A DNA stretch of 64,000 nucleotides from Nitrospirota bacterium (GTDB taxonomy: Bacteria; Nitrospirota; UBA9217): assembly GCA_963737155.1 (NCBI GenBank), contig CAVTRN010000001.1, positions 896,001-960,000 of the forward strand. The letters are read 5' to 3'. Shown here in pieces: positions 47,602-57,252 of the stretch; position 1 is the first letter of the stretch, and each line of letters starts with the position of its first letter. The position numbers and the translations under genes are program-made. Under the pieces are notes generated by a model. That model was not told the origin of the DNA, did not search any database, and saw only the letters and a program-made list of their open reading frames with translations.

Positions 47602-48459
47602 TTAGCGCAACCCCGATTTTTTGCGATAGTACCAGCTCATGGCTTTTTTAAGATTCTGTAGGATGCTCTCCCTGGCGTTTATTATGAAGATCCTATCCAG
47701 GATGTGGAACATCTCCCGCTCCATTCGGATAACCCGCGGCGGCTTATCATTGCGCTTCTGAAGTTCTTTTTCGAACATCGGCACGAGCTTGTCCTTCATG
47801 CGAAGTTCAGTGTCTATGAGAAAAAATGAAATTGCGGGCGCCAGGTCTGCCACCCGGTCTAGAAACGCCGTAATCTCGCTGTCAGAGATCTGCTTGGGCG
47901 GCGAGGACTTGACTTCTCCATAGAGAAGTGAGTGGTCGATTTTAGCGATAAGATCGTAATCACCGCCAACGTTCGTCCGTTTGAACTTAACACCCCACGT
48001 AGCCTCGGAACCGAATTCCCTCCTGAATATCTCGGCGACATACCATTCGAGCGTTTCTCCGAAACTGGTAATCGGCCTTTTGGAGAGTGAATACGATTTC
48101 CCGTTTTTCCTAACAAGCTTGATGGACTGCAGGTAGTCAAGATAATCTTTTGTTACAGATTGCGTGGCATAACGCGTAACGATTTCAAGGGTAAACTGGT
48201 CCTGGTTCCTGATTACGTCGCGAAGGAAGAGCCGGAAAGAGTACTTGTGCAGCATGCTGTAATAGACGTCCAGATATTTATTGAACGGGACCAGGAGGTT
48301 GTCGTCCGGTTCCTTCTTATATATCGTAAAGCCTCTTCGTTTTAACAGCATGTCGAGGCTCGGAGCTTGCCGGATCAAAGCTTTGCGGAGCCGCTTAACT
48401 TCCGCTCTCAGGCGAGCGAGTTCGCCGCCGGTTTTGTCATCGTCCATAGAGCAATGCAT
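47602..48459 (-). CDS. Hypothetical protein with a PD-(D/E)xK nuclease-like motif
   Basis: 'FGETLEWYVAE', 'GGDYDLIA..YGEVKSSPPK'. Confidence 0.65.
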   Translation of the reverse strand: MHCSMDDDKTGGELARLRAEVKRLRKALIRQAPSLDMLLKRRGFTIYKKEPDDNLLVPFNKYLDVYYSMLHKYSFRLFLRDVIRNQDQFTLEIVTRYATQSVTKDYLDYLQSIKLVRKNGKSYSLSKRPITSFGETLEWYVAEIFRREFGSEATWGVKFKRTNVGGDYDLIAKIDHSLLYGEVKSSPPKQISDSEITAFLDRVADLAPAISFFLIDTELRMKDKLVPMFEKELQKRNDKPPRVIRMEREMFHILDRIFIINARESILQNLKKAMSWYYRKKSGLR

Positions 48460-48494
48460 GATGGTTGTTGCCGAGCGCCTGCATACTGTCCGGG

Positions 48495-49199
48495 TCAGGC
48501 GAGTATGATTTTGACATCGAGTGCCGCAGCGCTGCGGACATAGATCCGGACAGGGTTCATGTCGATTTCCTGAATTTCAGGATGATCGGCCAATAGTTTT
48601 GCGATTGCATTGAGGACACCGAAGACAGCCTCCTGATCCAGAGGCGGGCTGCCTCGGAATCCTTTCAGAAGCATACCCGCCCTCGTCTCGCCGATCATAT
48701 CGAGCATTTCGTCCCGTGTCATGGGCAGGATGCCGAAAACCGCGTCTCTGAGCGCTTCTACCCAGACCCCGCCAAGGCCGAATGAAAGGGAGGGTCCGAA
48801 CTGCTTATCGCGTAAACCGCCGGCGAGAAGTTCCAGGCCCTGAGGCATCATTTTCTCAACTAGAAACGAACGTATGACTGCGCTTGGTGCTCTTGCCGCG
48901 ACCATGTTCTTTATGGTCGTGACTGAGGCCGATAATCCGGCGCTGGTGGTAATGTTAAGGATTACGGCACCCGCATCGGTCTTGTGTAGGATTTCGGCTG
49001 AAACCGCCTTGAGGACAACAGGAAAGCCGAGTGACTCTCCTGCGGCAACAATGGCTTTCTGGTCCTGTGGATCGACAAGGACAAAGCGCGGCACAATGAT
49101 GCCCGCCGAGCGTGCAAGCTCCTTGGCCTCGTGTTCGAAGAGCGCCTTGCGGCCTTCCTTGAATGCAATCTGTATGATATCGCGAGGTTTGGTCATCAT
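48495..49199 (-). CDS. ADP-forming acetate/acyl-CoA ligase, beta (ATP-grasp) subunit
   Basis: 'EHEAKEL', 'GFPVVLK..ILHKTDAG', 'DKQFGP..FGLGGVWVE', 'EIDMNP'. Confidence 0.9.
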   Translation of the reverse strand: MMTKPRDIIQIAFKEGRKALFEHEAKELARSAGIIVPRFVLVDPQDQKAIVAAGESLGFPVVLKAVSAEILHKTDAGAVILNITTSAGLSASVTTIKNMVAARAPSAVIRSFLVEKMMPQGLELLAGGLRDKQFGPSLSFGLGGVWVEALRDAVFGILPMTRDEMLDMIGETRAGMLLKGFRGSPPLDQEAVFGVLNAIAKLLADHPEIQEIDMNPVRIYVRSAAALDVKIILA

Positions 49200-49225
49200 T
49201 CAGCTAGATTTTTTTGGTTGATTGG

Positions 49226-50605
49226 TCACTTGCATGCTTCTCTCTTTTTGCTGGCGCTTCTAAGCGCTGCCAGCGCACGCACGGCCCGCTCGGGAGATGG
49301 GTATACGGGGATGCCGCGCTTCAGAAGCGAATGCGTGGCTTCCTGGGTATAGCCCAAGCCTTGAAGAATGCAGCAGGTGACAGGCTTGTGTGCTTCATGG
49401 CATGCACGGGCGATCATTTCTGTTGCCTCCTCGGTGACTGTGGTTGCTCCCATGAGCACGATGACGATGGCCGCGTCGTAATAGGGCAGCGCCTCCTTGA
49501 GCGCGATAAAGTAATCTTCATTCTTCCCGCTGCCGGTCAGATCAACAGGATTGTTTTTCACAAAGAAGGGAGGAAATATGTTTTCGAGCTTCTGCCGCAC
49601 TGGTTCCGGCATTCTTGGCATGGTAAATCCCTCGATTTGCGCCTGGTCCGAAGCAGCCACGGACATGCCGCCACCGTTCGTAACAACTAAGAGCCTATTC
49701 CCCACGCAGGGATAATCCATAAGCGCTACGGCCTTGGCCGCGTCAATCATGTGGTCAAAGCCGTAGGCTTCGATGGCGCCTGCCTGACGGAAAGCGGCCT
49801 TGTAGAGGCCGTAGGTTCCCGCAAGCGTTGCCGTATGGGAAGCCACGGCTGCGGCGCCCAGTTCATGTTTGCCCGCTTTCCAAATCACAAGCGGCTTTTT
49901 TGATGCGAAGGCTTTGGCCGCGCGAAGGAACTTCCTGCCATCCGCCACAGATTCCATGTACATGGCGACCGCGCTGGTTCGGGGGTCGTTGGCGAGGTAG
50001 TCGAGTGTGTCGGCATCGTCGATATCGAGACGGTTACCATAGTTCACGGCCTTGGCTATACCCATGTCGTCCCGCGCAAGGGCTTCCATCAGGATGACGG
50101 CGATGGCGCCGCTCTGGGAGATGATTGACAGGCGTCCCTCCACGGGACGCGACACCCGTTCGCGGGAAACGAAGAAGGTGTCAAGCCCGTTTTCAGTGTT
50201 GTAGATGCCGAGAGCATTCGGACCGATTACCCGCATCCCGTATTGTTGCGTCAATTCTGCGATGCGTTGCTGCATGACGATACCTGCTGAGCCTGCTTCG
50301 GCAAATCCGGAACTGATTAGAATGACATGATGAATGCCCTTTTCATGCAAACGGCCGATTTCTTGCTCCACCAGCGGGGCAGGAAGCGCAACAATGGCGA
50401 GGTCTACGTCCTCGGGTACGGAGGTAATAGATGGGTAGCAGCGGTGACCGAGCAGTGTCTGGTGTTTCGGGTTGACCGGATAGACAGCTCCATTGAAATG
50501 GGAGAGGTTTTGAAGAATCGAGCGCCCCGGCTTTGCGACGCTGTCTGTTGCACCGATCAAGGCCACGGTTTTCGGATAAAAAAAATTGTTCAGATCGTGA
50601 ATCAT
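49226..50605 (-). CDS. ADP-forming acetate/acyl-CoA ligase, alpha (CoA-binding) subunit
   Basis: 'FFYPKTVALIGA', 'YPVNPK', 'SSGFAE', 'SQSGA', phospho-His motif 'ASHT', 'TNGGG', 'NPVDL'; no GNAT domain. Confidence 0.9.
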   Translation of the reverse strand: MIHDLNNFFYPKTVALIGATDSVAKPGRSILQNLSHFNGAVYPVNPKHQTLLGHRCYPSITSVPEDVDLAIVALPAPLVEQEIGRLHEKGIHHVILISSGFAEAGSAGIVMQQRIAELTQQYGMRVIGPNALGIYNTENGLDTFFVSRERVSRPVEGRLSIISQSGAIAVILMEALARDDMGIAKAVNYGNRLDIDDADTLDYLANDPRTSAVAMYMESVADGRKFLRAAKAFASKKPLVIWKAGKHELGAAAVASHTATLAGTYGLYKAAFRQAGAIEAYGFDHMIDAAKAVALMDYPCVGNRLLVVTNGGGMSVAASDQAQIEGFTMPRMPEPVRQKLENIFPPFFVKNNPVDLTGSGKNEDYFIALKEALPYYDAAIVIVLMGATTVTEEATEMIARACHEAHKPVTCCILQGLGYTQEATHSLLKRGIPVYPSPERAVRALAALRSASKKREACK

Positions 50606-51467
50606 ATATAATAAATAGCACATTTGAACTAAGAATGTTAAGGCGATTCCAAAATGAGGAGAGACGTGAAATTCCCGTCAGTGCTTCATCTCCGCGCCAG
50701 GATGTTATAAAGGCTTAGCGTCTCGGAAACAAGTGACTTTCAAGGTTGACCACCATCTTATTAATCGTAGTGAAATGAAGCCCGATGAGGGTCTCAGGGT
50801 GAGACCGGTTCAATCAATCTCATTGAAACAGATGAGGTGTCAGGGTAATGAAAAAGAATTCCTCGGTGCTGCCTCCGCAGAGCGAGCCTGCCACAACCTA
50901 GCAACGCCCTGCTCGCAGTTCCTGCCGCGGTGTGACCCCAGCACTTCATGAGCGGTTAGGGGGAAAATGCCGAGCTTGTTGGTTTGGCCTCGCCGCCTCC
51001 GCTGAATTTGTGGATGTTTTATAGACAACGAATCCATATTTGTTCTTTAATTCTGCATGGTTACTAGATTTCATCACTATAAATTGGTTATAAACGTCAC
51101 AGTCAGATTTATTGTCTAAGTTGAATTGTATGTTAATGATGTAATGAAGACAGCTATGGCAAATGTGCCGTCAATACAACTCTGAATTTAGTATAATGGC
51201 AATGTCGGAATGCGAGACTTTCCTTAAACGGTGATTTTTATCAACAAATTCTGCTGAAGATCCGGTATTTCTTTCTAATATCTTACGAGTAAAAGCTGGC
51301 CGACTGCTGTCGTTGTGAATTTTTATCATTCGTGCAGGAGGAAGAACACGCGACCTCCCATAGGTTTTTCGCAGCGCGTCTGGGAATGCTCAAGACCATT
51401 GAAAAAGTGGAAAGAACCTATGATCAATATCATATTATTTTAATCTGCGGCAGTGTATTATGAATCC

Positions 51468-52478
51468 ATGGATAACAGGAAAAAATATCTCCGCCCCTTC
51501 CGCTATGCAGTGCAGGCTGGCTTTGTTCTGCTCACCATTTTCATCGGGCATCAGTTTTACCAGTTTGTTCAGCAGTTCCTAGGCCCCGGGCACACCATCG
51601 TCCAGCGGCCAGCGTCGGTTGACGCTTTTCTCCCCATCGGCGGGCTGATGGCCTTCAAGTATTTTCTTTTTACGGGGATCATCGAACCGGTACACCCGTC
51701 GGGATTCATTATGTTCGTCGCCATCCTCGGAGTTTCCCTCGTTATGAAAAAGGGCTTTTGCGGCTGGATCTGCCCCATCGGTACGATTTCCCAATACACA
51801 TGGATGCTGGGTGAGAGGGTTTTCGGCCGGAACTTCCGCATGGGTAAATTCATGGACATCTCGCTCCGGTCGCTTAAATACATTCTCCTCGGCATCTTCC
51901 TGATCCTGATCGGCGTTGCCATGGCGCCGAACATGATGGTTCTTTTCATGATTACCGACTATTACAAAGTCGTGGACGTGCGGATGATGAAGTTTTTCAC
52001 CGAGATGTCATCTCTCACGATGTGGGTCCTTATTGCGCTCGCTATGCTCTCAGTGCTATACAAGAACTTCTGGTGTCGCTATCTCTGTCCCTACGGCGCC
52101 CTCCTTGGTCTTTTGAGCCGGCTGAGCCCTTTAAAGGTACGGCGGAACGAGGGCAAGTGTACCAACTGTCACGCTTGCACCCGGCATTGCCCAACGATGA
52201 TCGATGTTGAAAGCAAGCAGGTCATCAATTCCGAGGAATGCTTCGGTTGCCTGACCTGCGTGAGCCACTGCCCCTCACAGGGCGCGCTCGATCTTACTTA
52301 CAAGCTCGGGAAAAAAAACGGTATCGTAAAACCCTGGCTTTTCCCGGTGCTCCTCGTTGCTCTTTTTTATCTGGTGATTGGCTTCGGTATGGCAACGGAC
52401 AATTGGAATTCGAAAATCCCTCATGAAGAGTACCAGCAGCTTATTCCGGAAGTGCAGCAGGAATATTCAAAGCGGTGA
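51468..52478 (+). CDS. Membrane polyferredoxin (YccM/NapH-like)
   Basis: 'FCGWICPIG', 'WCRYLCPYG', two CxxCxxCxxxCP motifs; several TM helices. Confidence 0.88.
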   Translation: MDNRKKYLRPFRYAVQAGFVLLTIFIGHQFYQFVQQFLGPGHTIVQRPASVDAFLPIGGLMAFKYFLFTGIIEPVHPSGFIMFVAILGVSLVMKKGFCGWICPIGTISQYTWMLGERVFGRNFRMGKFMDISLRSLKYILLGIFLILIGVAMAPNMMVLFMITDYYKVVDVRMMKFFTEMSSLTMWVLIALAMLSVLYKNFWCRYLCPYGALLGLLSRLSPLKVRRNEGKCTNCHACTRHCPTMIDVESKQVINSEECFGCLTCVSHCPSQGALDLTYKLGKKNGIVKPWLFPVLLVALFYLVIGFGMATDNWNSKIPHEEYQQLIPEVQQEYSKR

Positions 52479-52571
52479 ATACCGCCTGCCGTATCAAGCG
52501 CACGACTCAGTACGCATCTTGATTTAGGCTGAATCTTGCGGCTGCTGGGAGTAAAACGCGCTTCGCTTGTT

Positions 52572-52700
52572 ATCACCTGCGGGGCCTTGAACCCCGCAGA
52601 TGATCAAAGGGATGCTTAGAGACCTCTTGAGACCCCAAGCATAAGATGCTCCGCAGTAAGTCTGCCGGGGTATATCCTCCTGATAAAAAATTTGCGGAGT
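52572..52700 (-). other. Cluster of three consecutive hairpins between convergent genes
   Basis: Minus-strand stems AUCAUCUGCGGGG/CCCCGCAGGUGAU, AUGCUUGGGG/CUCUAAGCAU and CUCCGCA/UGCGGAG. Confidence 0.45.
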
Positions 52701-52742
52701 TTTGTGCCCCGCGGATTTGTAAATTCCCAGTTGCTTAATCGA

Positions 52743-53525
52743 CTATGCCAAATCCCCTGCCGCGAAGGTGATCTCATCGCGGAAGGTCTTGATTAGATAG
52801 ACCGATTTCATCACCTCCCTGTCCATGACATCCACGAGCGCCGCATTGAGCCCGGCACCGGCCAGGTAGCTGAGGTAGGATGAAGCGACCACCGACTTCA
52901 GATTTTTCGGAAGGCCAGCGGTGACATTTGATAGCCAGATAACGGTATTGAGCGGCGGGTCAACCATCTCATTCAGCACTACGATGCTCTCATGAGCATT
53001 GAGCAGATGCTCCTGTCCCATGCCTTTGCTGATGTGCACCACCGATGGGTCGGCGAATAGCCGTTCATTAGGAATATCGGCGGCATTCGCTTTTTCGAGA
53101 AGATCCTCGACAATAAGCAGCTTGGCCTCAAGCGTAGACGGCACGGTGCCCTTCAGCGCCCTGACGACGAGGTTTGATTTTGTTTTGCTGACCAGGGCAA
53201 GGAGGTCGTCAGGATTCTTTTCATCAGCCGAAAAGTAATTGATGATCGGGGGTTCCTCGCAGAGCGGAATCGCCTTGCTCAGCGCGTTCACATTCCTCGA
53301 ATCCAGGCAAAGCGGCAGACCACTGCCCTTTTGAACCGCATCGGTCACGAAGGGAAGAAGTTCTTCGTCACCGATCCCGTCGGACGAAACCTGCACATTG
53401 ATGAGCTCGGCGCCTCTTGCCACAAGAGCCCTTGCCATGGCTTCTATGGTTTTCCCATCCTTTTTCTTTAACGCTCCCATATAATCCGCGTTCCGTGTGT
53501 TTAAGTTATCTGCAATAACGAGCAT
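52743..53525 (-). CDS. AcsE-like pterin-binding methyltransferase (DHPS fold), divergent
   Basis: 'MLVIADNLN', 'LPLCLDS', 'IINY', 'LFADP', 'LSNV', 'AGLNAALVD'; SD AAGGAGG before ATG 53525. Confidence 0.8.
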   Translation of the reverse strand: MLVIADNLNTRNADYMGALKKKDGKTIEAMARALVARGAELINVQVSSDGIGDEELLPFVTDAVQKGSGLPLCLDSRNVNALSKAIPLCEEPPIINYFSADEKNPDDLLALVSKTKSNLVVRALKGTVPSTLEAKLLIVEDLLEKANAADIPNERLFADPSVVHISKGMGQEHLLNAHESIVVLNEMVDPPLNTVIWLSNVTAGLPKNLKSVVASSYLSYLAGAGLNAALVDVMDREVMKSVYLIKTFRDEITFAAGDLA

Positions 53526-53657
53526 GCCATCCTCCTTCACGAGATGATATATACTAAAACGGTCCGATATGAATAAAGTATAGCATAATTCTCCGATGGG
53601 CAGTTCGTCGCACACAACGAACTTGACAAAATGCCGTTATCCTTTATTATTGATTGC

Positions 53658-54509
53658 ATGAAGAATGAGAAGCTGGATCTTTGGCACAAAGATATCCTCG
53701 TGCCACGGCTGAGGCAGGCGAATGCCGGCCTTTCCGAGTATACCTTTGCCAATCTCTACCTTTTCAGGTATAACCACGATTACGAGGTCATCACGGACCG
53801 AAATATCTTTATCAAAGGGAAATCATATGATGGCCATCTCTACCTCATGCCGGCCGCAGATGTGCGTAGCCTGGATCGTGAGTACCTGAAGGACCTCATG
53901 AAAACCGTGGATTTCCTTTTTCCGATCCCCGAGGCATGGCTTCCTTTTTTTGAGCATGATGAGTTCGAGGTCGAATTCAAAGAGGGTGATCAGGATTATG
54001 TCTATACCGTCGAAAAGATGAGGACTTATAAAGGAAGGAACCTGCACAAGAAAAGGAACCTTCTCAAGCAGTTTCTGGACCTCTATACGCACGATGCTCT
54101 GCCGCTCACCGATGATCGCCTCGACCATGCACGCTTTATTCTCAAGGACTGGCAGGAGACGTCGGCGATGAGCGCGGCCGATACGGATTTTACCCCCTGT
54201 CTCGAAGCGCTCAATCGCTATGACGAACTTGTCCTTTGCGGCGGAATTTACTACGCGGATAACGAGCCAGCTGGCTTTGTACTCGGTGAAGAGGTGAATA
54301 ACGAGACCTTTGTCCTGCATTTCGCCAAGGCGCGCGTCAAATTCAAGGGTATTTACCAATTTATGTTCAACAACTTTGCAAAGATCTTGCCGCCGCAATA
54401 CAAATTTCTAAACCTTGAGCAGGACTTGGACAAGGAAAACCTTCGTGTCTTCAAATCATCGTATGTGCCTGACCTGATGCTGCGCAAAGCCAGGGTTAAA
54501 CTGAAATAA
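53658..54509 (+). CDS. DUF2156/aminoacyl-phosphatidylglycerol synthase-like GNAT protein
   Basis: 'SEYTFANLY', 'DYVY..YKGRNLHKKRN', 'HFAKA', 'LNLEQDL..LR..KSSY.P'. Confidence 0.82.
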   Translation: MKNEKLDLWHKDILVPRLRQANAGLSEYTFANLYLFRYNHDYEVITDRNIFIKGKSYDGHLYLMPAADVRSLDREYLKDLMKTVDFLFPIPEAWLPFFEHDEFEVEFKEGDQDYVYTVEKMRTYKGRNLHKKRNLLKQFLDLYTHDALPLTDDRLDHARFILKDWQETSAMSAADTDFTPCLEALNRYDELVLCGGIYYADNEPAGFVLGEEVNNETFVLHFAKARVKFKGIYQFMFNNFAKILPPQYKFLNLEQDLDKENLRVFKSSYVPDLMLRKARVKLK

Positions 54510-54658
54510 AACTGTTGATTAAATCGTTTGACGCGGATTATAATAATTACTCGCAATGGTGGCTTTTCTCTTCCAGAACAGATCATCAATAGCTCAACGG
54601 GTCCGGCATACGATATTGTCATTTCTGAAAATTTCTAAAACGGTGGGGGGATCTCTCA

Positions 54659-55390
54659 ATGAAACTTACCGAGACGGAACAGAAGCGGTATACGCGTCAG
54701 ATGATGATGGAGGGTTGGGGCGAAGAAACGCAGAAGAAAATAAAAAAGTCCACGGTCTTCATCGCCGGTGCGGGTGGGCTCGGATCGCCGGTGTCGATCT
54801 ACCTTGCCGTTGCCGGAGTCGGCAACATCAGTATCTGCGATTACGATTCCCCTGATTGGTCCAACCTCAACCGACAGATACTGCATGACCATACTCGGAT
54901 TGGCATGAACAAGGCTGTTTCCGCAAAGATGACTTTAGAGCGGCTCAACTCTGAGATCGCGGTTACGGCCTTTACGGACAAGATCGTTGAGGACAACGTG
55001 GATCGGCTGGTCGGCGACGCCAACATCATTCTCGACTGCATGGATAATTTTCCGACCCGATTTCTCTTAAATGAATGCGCCATCAGAAAAAAGATTCCTC
55101 TCGTGTATGGCAGCATCTGGGGCATTGATGGTAGGCTGTCGTTCATCCAGTCCCCGGAAACACCGTGCCTGCGCTGCATCTTTCCAGAAGCTCCCCCCAA
55201 AGAGGTCTTTCCAGTGCTGGGCGCAACGCCTGCGGTTATCGGATCGCTTCAGGCCCTTGAGACGCTGAAATACCTTTCTGGCACGGGCACGAACATTAAG
55301 GGACAGCTTCTCGTATGGGAAGGTGCTGCAACAGACTTTAAAAAATTCAAAATACGCAAGGACCCCGACTGTCCGACGTGCGGAAAATAA
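54659..55390 (+). CDS. HesA/MoeB/ThiF family E1-like adenylyltransferase
   Basis: 'RYTRQ', 'GAGGLGSP', 'SNLNRQ', 'DNFPTR', CLRC and CPTC zinc motifs. Confidence 0.92.
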   Translation: MKLTETEQKRYTRQMMMEGWGEETQKKIKKSTVFIAGAGGLGSPVSIYLAVAGVGNISICDYDSPDWSNLNRQILHDHTRIGMNKAVSAKMTLERLNSEIAVTAFTDKIVEDNVDRLVGDANIILDCMDNFPTRFLLNECAIRKKIPLVYGSIWGIDGRLSFIQSPETPCLRCIFPEAPPKEVFPVLGATPAVIGSLQALETLKYLSGTGTNIKGQLLVWEGAATDFKKFKIRKDPDCPTCGK

Positions 55391-55559
55391 TTGCCGAAAA
55401 TTGGTAATAAAGTTAATTTTACATCTCAAGCTCAAAAAATGCTTGCCAGCTTGATGCGACGTTTCGCTACGTTCAAAGTATTCGCGTCCTGCGTAACTAA
55501 GCAGCTTTGCTGTTTCCTCTAACAGTTCAGGGCTACTACGGCTGTCTATTGTATTCATT

Positions 55560-56480
55560 ATGAAAAAAGTCGGTTTTGCTTATGATGAAGTTTTTTTGCG
55601 CCATGAGCCGCCGGTCTGGCATCCCGATTCACCCGACCGCCTCACTAATATTATTATCACGCTTAAGGCATCAGGCATATGGCCCAAGCTAATTTTCCTC
55701 AGACCACGGCGGGCGACGTTCGACGATATCGCCCGTGTCCATAGCCGCGAGTATATCGAAAAGATCAGGAACTTCGGGTCCGGAGAGCTCGATCCCGACA
55801 CTTTTCTGTCGGAGGGTACGCTTGATGCTGCGCTATTCGCGGCAGGGGCGGCCATGGAGGCAGTGGAGCAGTGCAGGAATGCACAGATCGACCGGGCGTT
55901 TTGCGCAATCCGGCCCCCGGGACACCATGCCGAAGCAGATCAGGGCATGGGTTTCTGCATCTTCAATAATGTGGCCGTGGCCGCTCGGTATGCTCGGTTC
56001 ATCGGCTACCGGCGCGTTTTTATCGTCGATTTTGACGCGCACCACGGTAACGGAACCCAACACATTTTTGAGCAGGACGACAGCGTCTTTTATTTCAGCA
56101 CACACCAGCATCCCTACTATCCCGATACAGGCAAGGACATGGAGCGTGGCAAAGGTAGGGGTCTTGGCTTTACCTACAACATCCCGATCCAGGCAGGTTC
56201 CGGAAACAGGGTTTATCTGACGGTGTACCAGGACATTCTGCCCGGGCTCATCCAGCGTTTCGATCCTGACCTTGTCCTCGCTTCAGCCGGGTACGACATC
56301 CACGTGAATGATCCCCATGCCAATATCCGCGTTTCCGACGAAGGTATCCACGGCATTGTCCGAAGCATTCTTGGCAGCTGCATCTCTTGCCCAGCGGTGT
56401 TCGTTCTGGAAGGAGGTTATGATCTTCGATCGCTCTGCGATTCAGTGAAAATTACGATAGAGGAAATGCTGAGGAAGTAG
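55560..56480 (+). CDS. Histone deacetylase-family amidohydrolase
   Basis: 'RPPGHHA', 'GFCIFNN', 'DFDAHHGNGT', 'SAGYD', 'LEGGY'. Confidence 0.93.
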   Translation: MKKVGFAYDEVFLRHEPPVWHPDSPDRLTNIIITLKASGIWPKLIFLRPRRATFDDIARVHSREYIEKIRNFGSGELDPDTFLSEGTLDAALFAAGAAMEAVEQCRNAQIDRAFCAIRPPGHHAEADQGMGFCIFNNVAVAARYARFIGYRRVFIVDFDAHHGNGTQHIFEQDDSVFYFSTHQHPYYPDTGKDMERGKGRGLGFTYNIPIQAGSGNRVYLTVYQDILPGLIQRFDPDLVLASAGYDIHVNDPHANIRVSDEGIHGIVRSILGSCISCPAVFVLEGGYDLRSLCDSVKITIEEMLRK

Positions 56481-56511
56481 AGAGTTTCTTCAAACACAGG
56501 CCAATCCTCAA

Positions 56512-57123
56512 ATGAGAGATACACAAAGTCACAGCAACGCTAACCTCAGTGGACCGAGCTTTAACGGCTGCGATCTCGCCGGATGCAAACTGCGCATTTC
56601 GTACTTCATCGTTGAATCGTTTATAAAAGCGATCCTTGACAAGCCTTATCTTATGTTCTCCTCATTTACAGGTCCTGATTTTACCGCTATTAGGGGAAGC
56701 GAACGTTACGAACTCGAAATTTGCCGCTGCGACTTTCGAGAAAAGCGAACCTGTCGAATGCAAATCTGAAGATGACTGACGCGGCTATGGTGCTTTGTAG
56801 CGATGCAGTGATGACAAAGATCCCTGCCCGGATGCGCCGCCCTTTCAAGATGCTATTTCCGCGGTATAAACTTTCACGGCACGGACCTGGAAAATGCATA
56901 CGTCTCTTTGGCCGACCTGCGTGAGACAGATAACCTCGATGCCGTGCAGATCGCTTCAAACTACGGATATGCCGTAATGCTCAATGCCCGCCTGAGAAAC
57001 ACAGTCTTTACCCGCACCTGGCTCGAAGGCCTTCTATTCAATGAGGAAGTGAGGGATATGCTTGCAAATATTCACGTGATTCGTCCCTACGGGGAACGGC
57101 GCAAAGTTAACAGTGATCACTGA
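56512..57123 (+). pseudogene. Decayed pentapeptide-repeat protein gene
   Basis: Fragments in different frames: 'NANLSGPSFNGCDLAGCKL', 'KANLSNANLKMTD', 'ADLRETDNL', 'MLNARLRNTVFTRTWLEG'. Confidence 0.55.
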
Positions 57124-57252
57124 TCAAGCCACCAAGTATCCTCTATATCACGCTCTCACCACTCCGCGTTGTTCGTTTTTATAGTTGACATGCCGCCATG
57201 ATACAGTGTACAAAAGAACCTATCGAATTTCAGGAGGATCAAGACAACATCT

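Noticed and set aside
48495-50605. Protein lysine acetyltransferase (Pat/YfiQ) paired with the HDAC
   Set aside because: No GNAT domain, the catalytic His is retained, and the HDAC gene is 5 kb away and unlinked.
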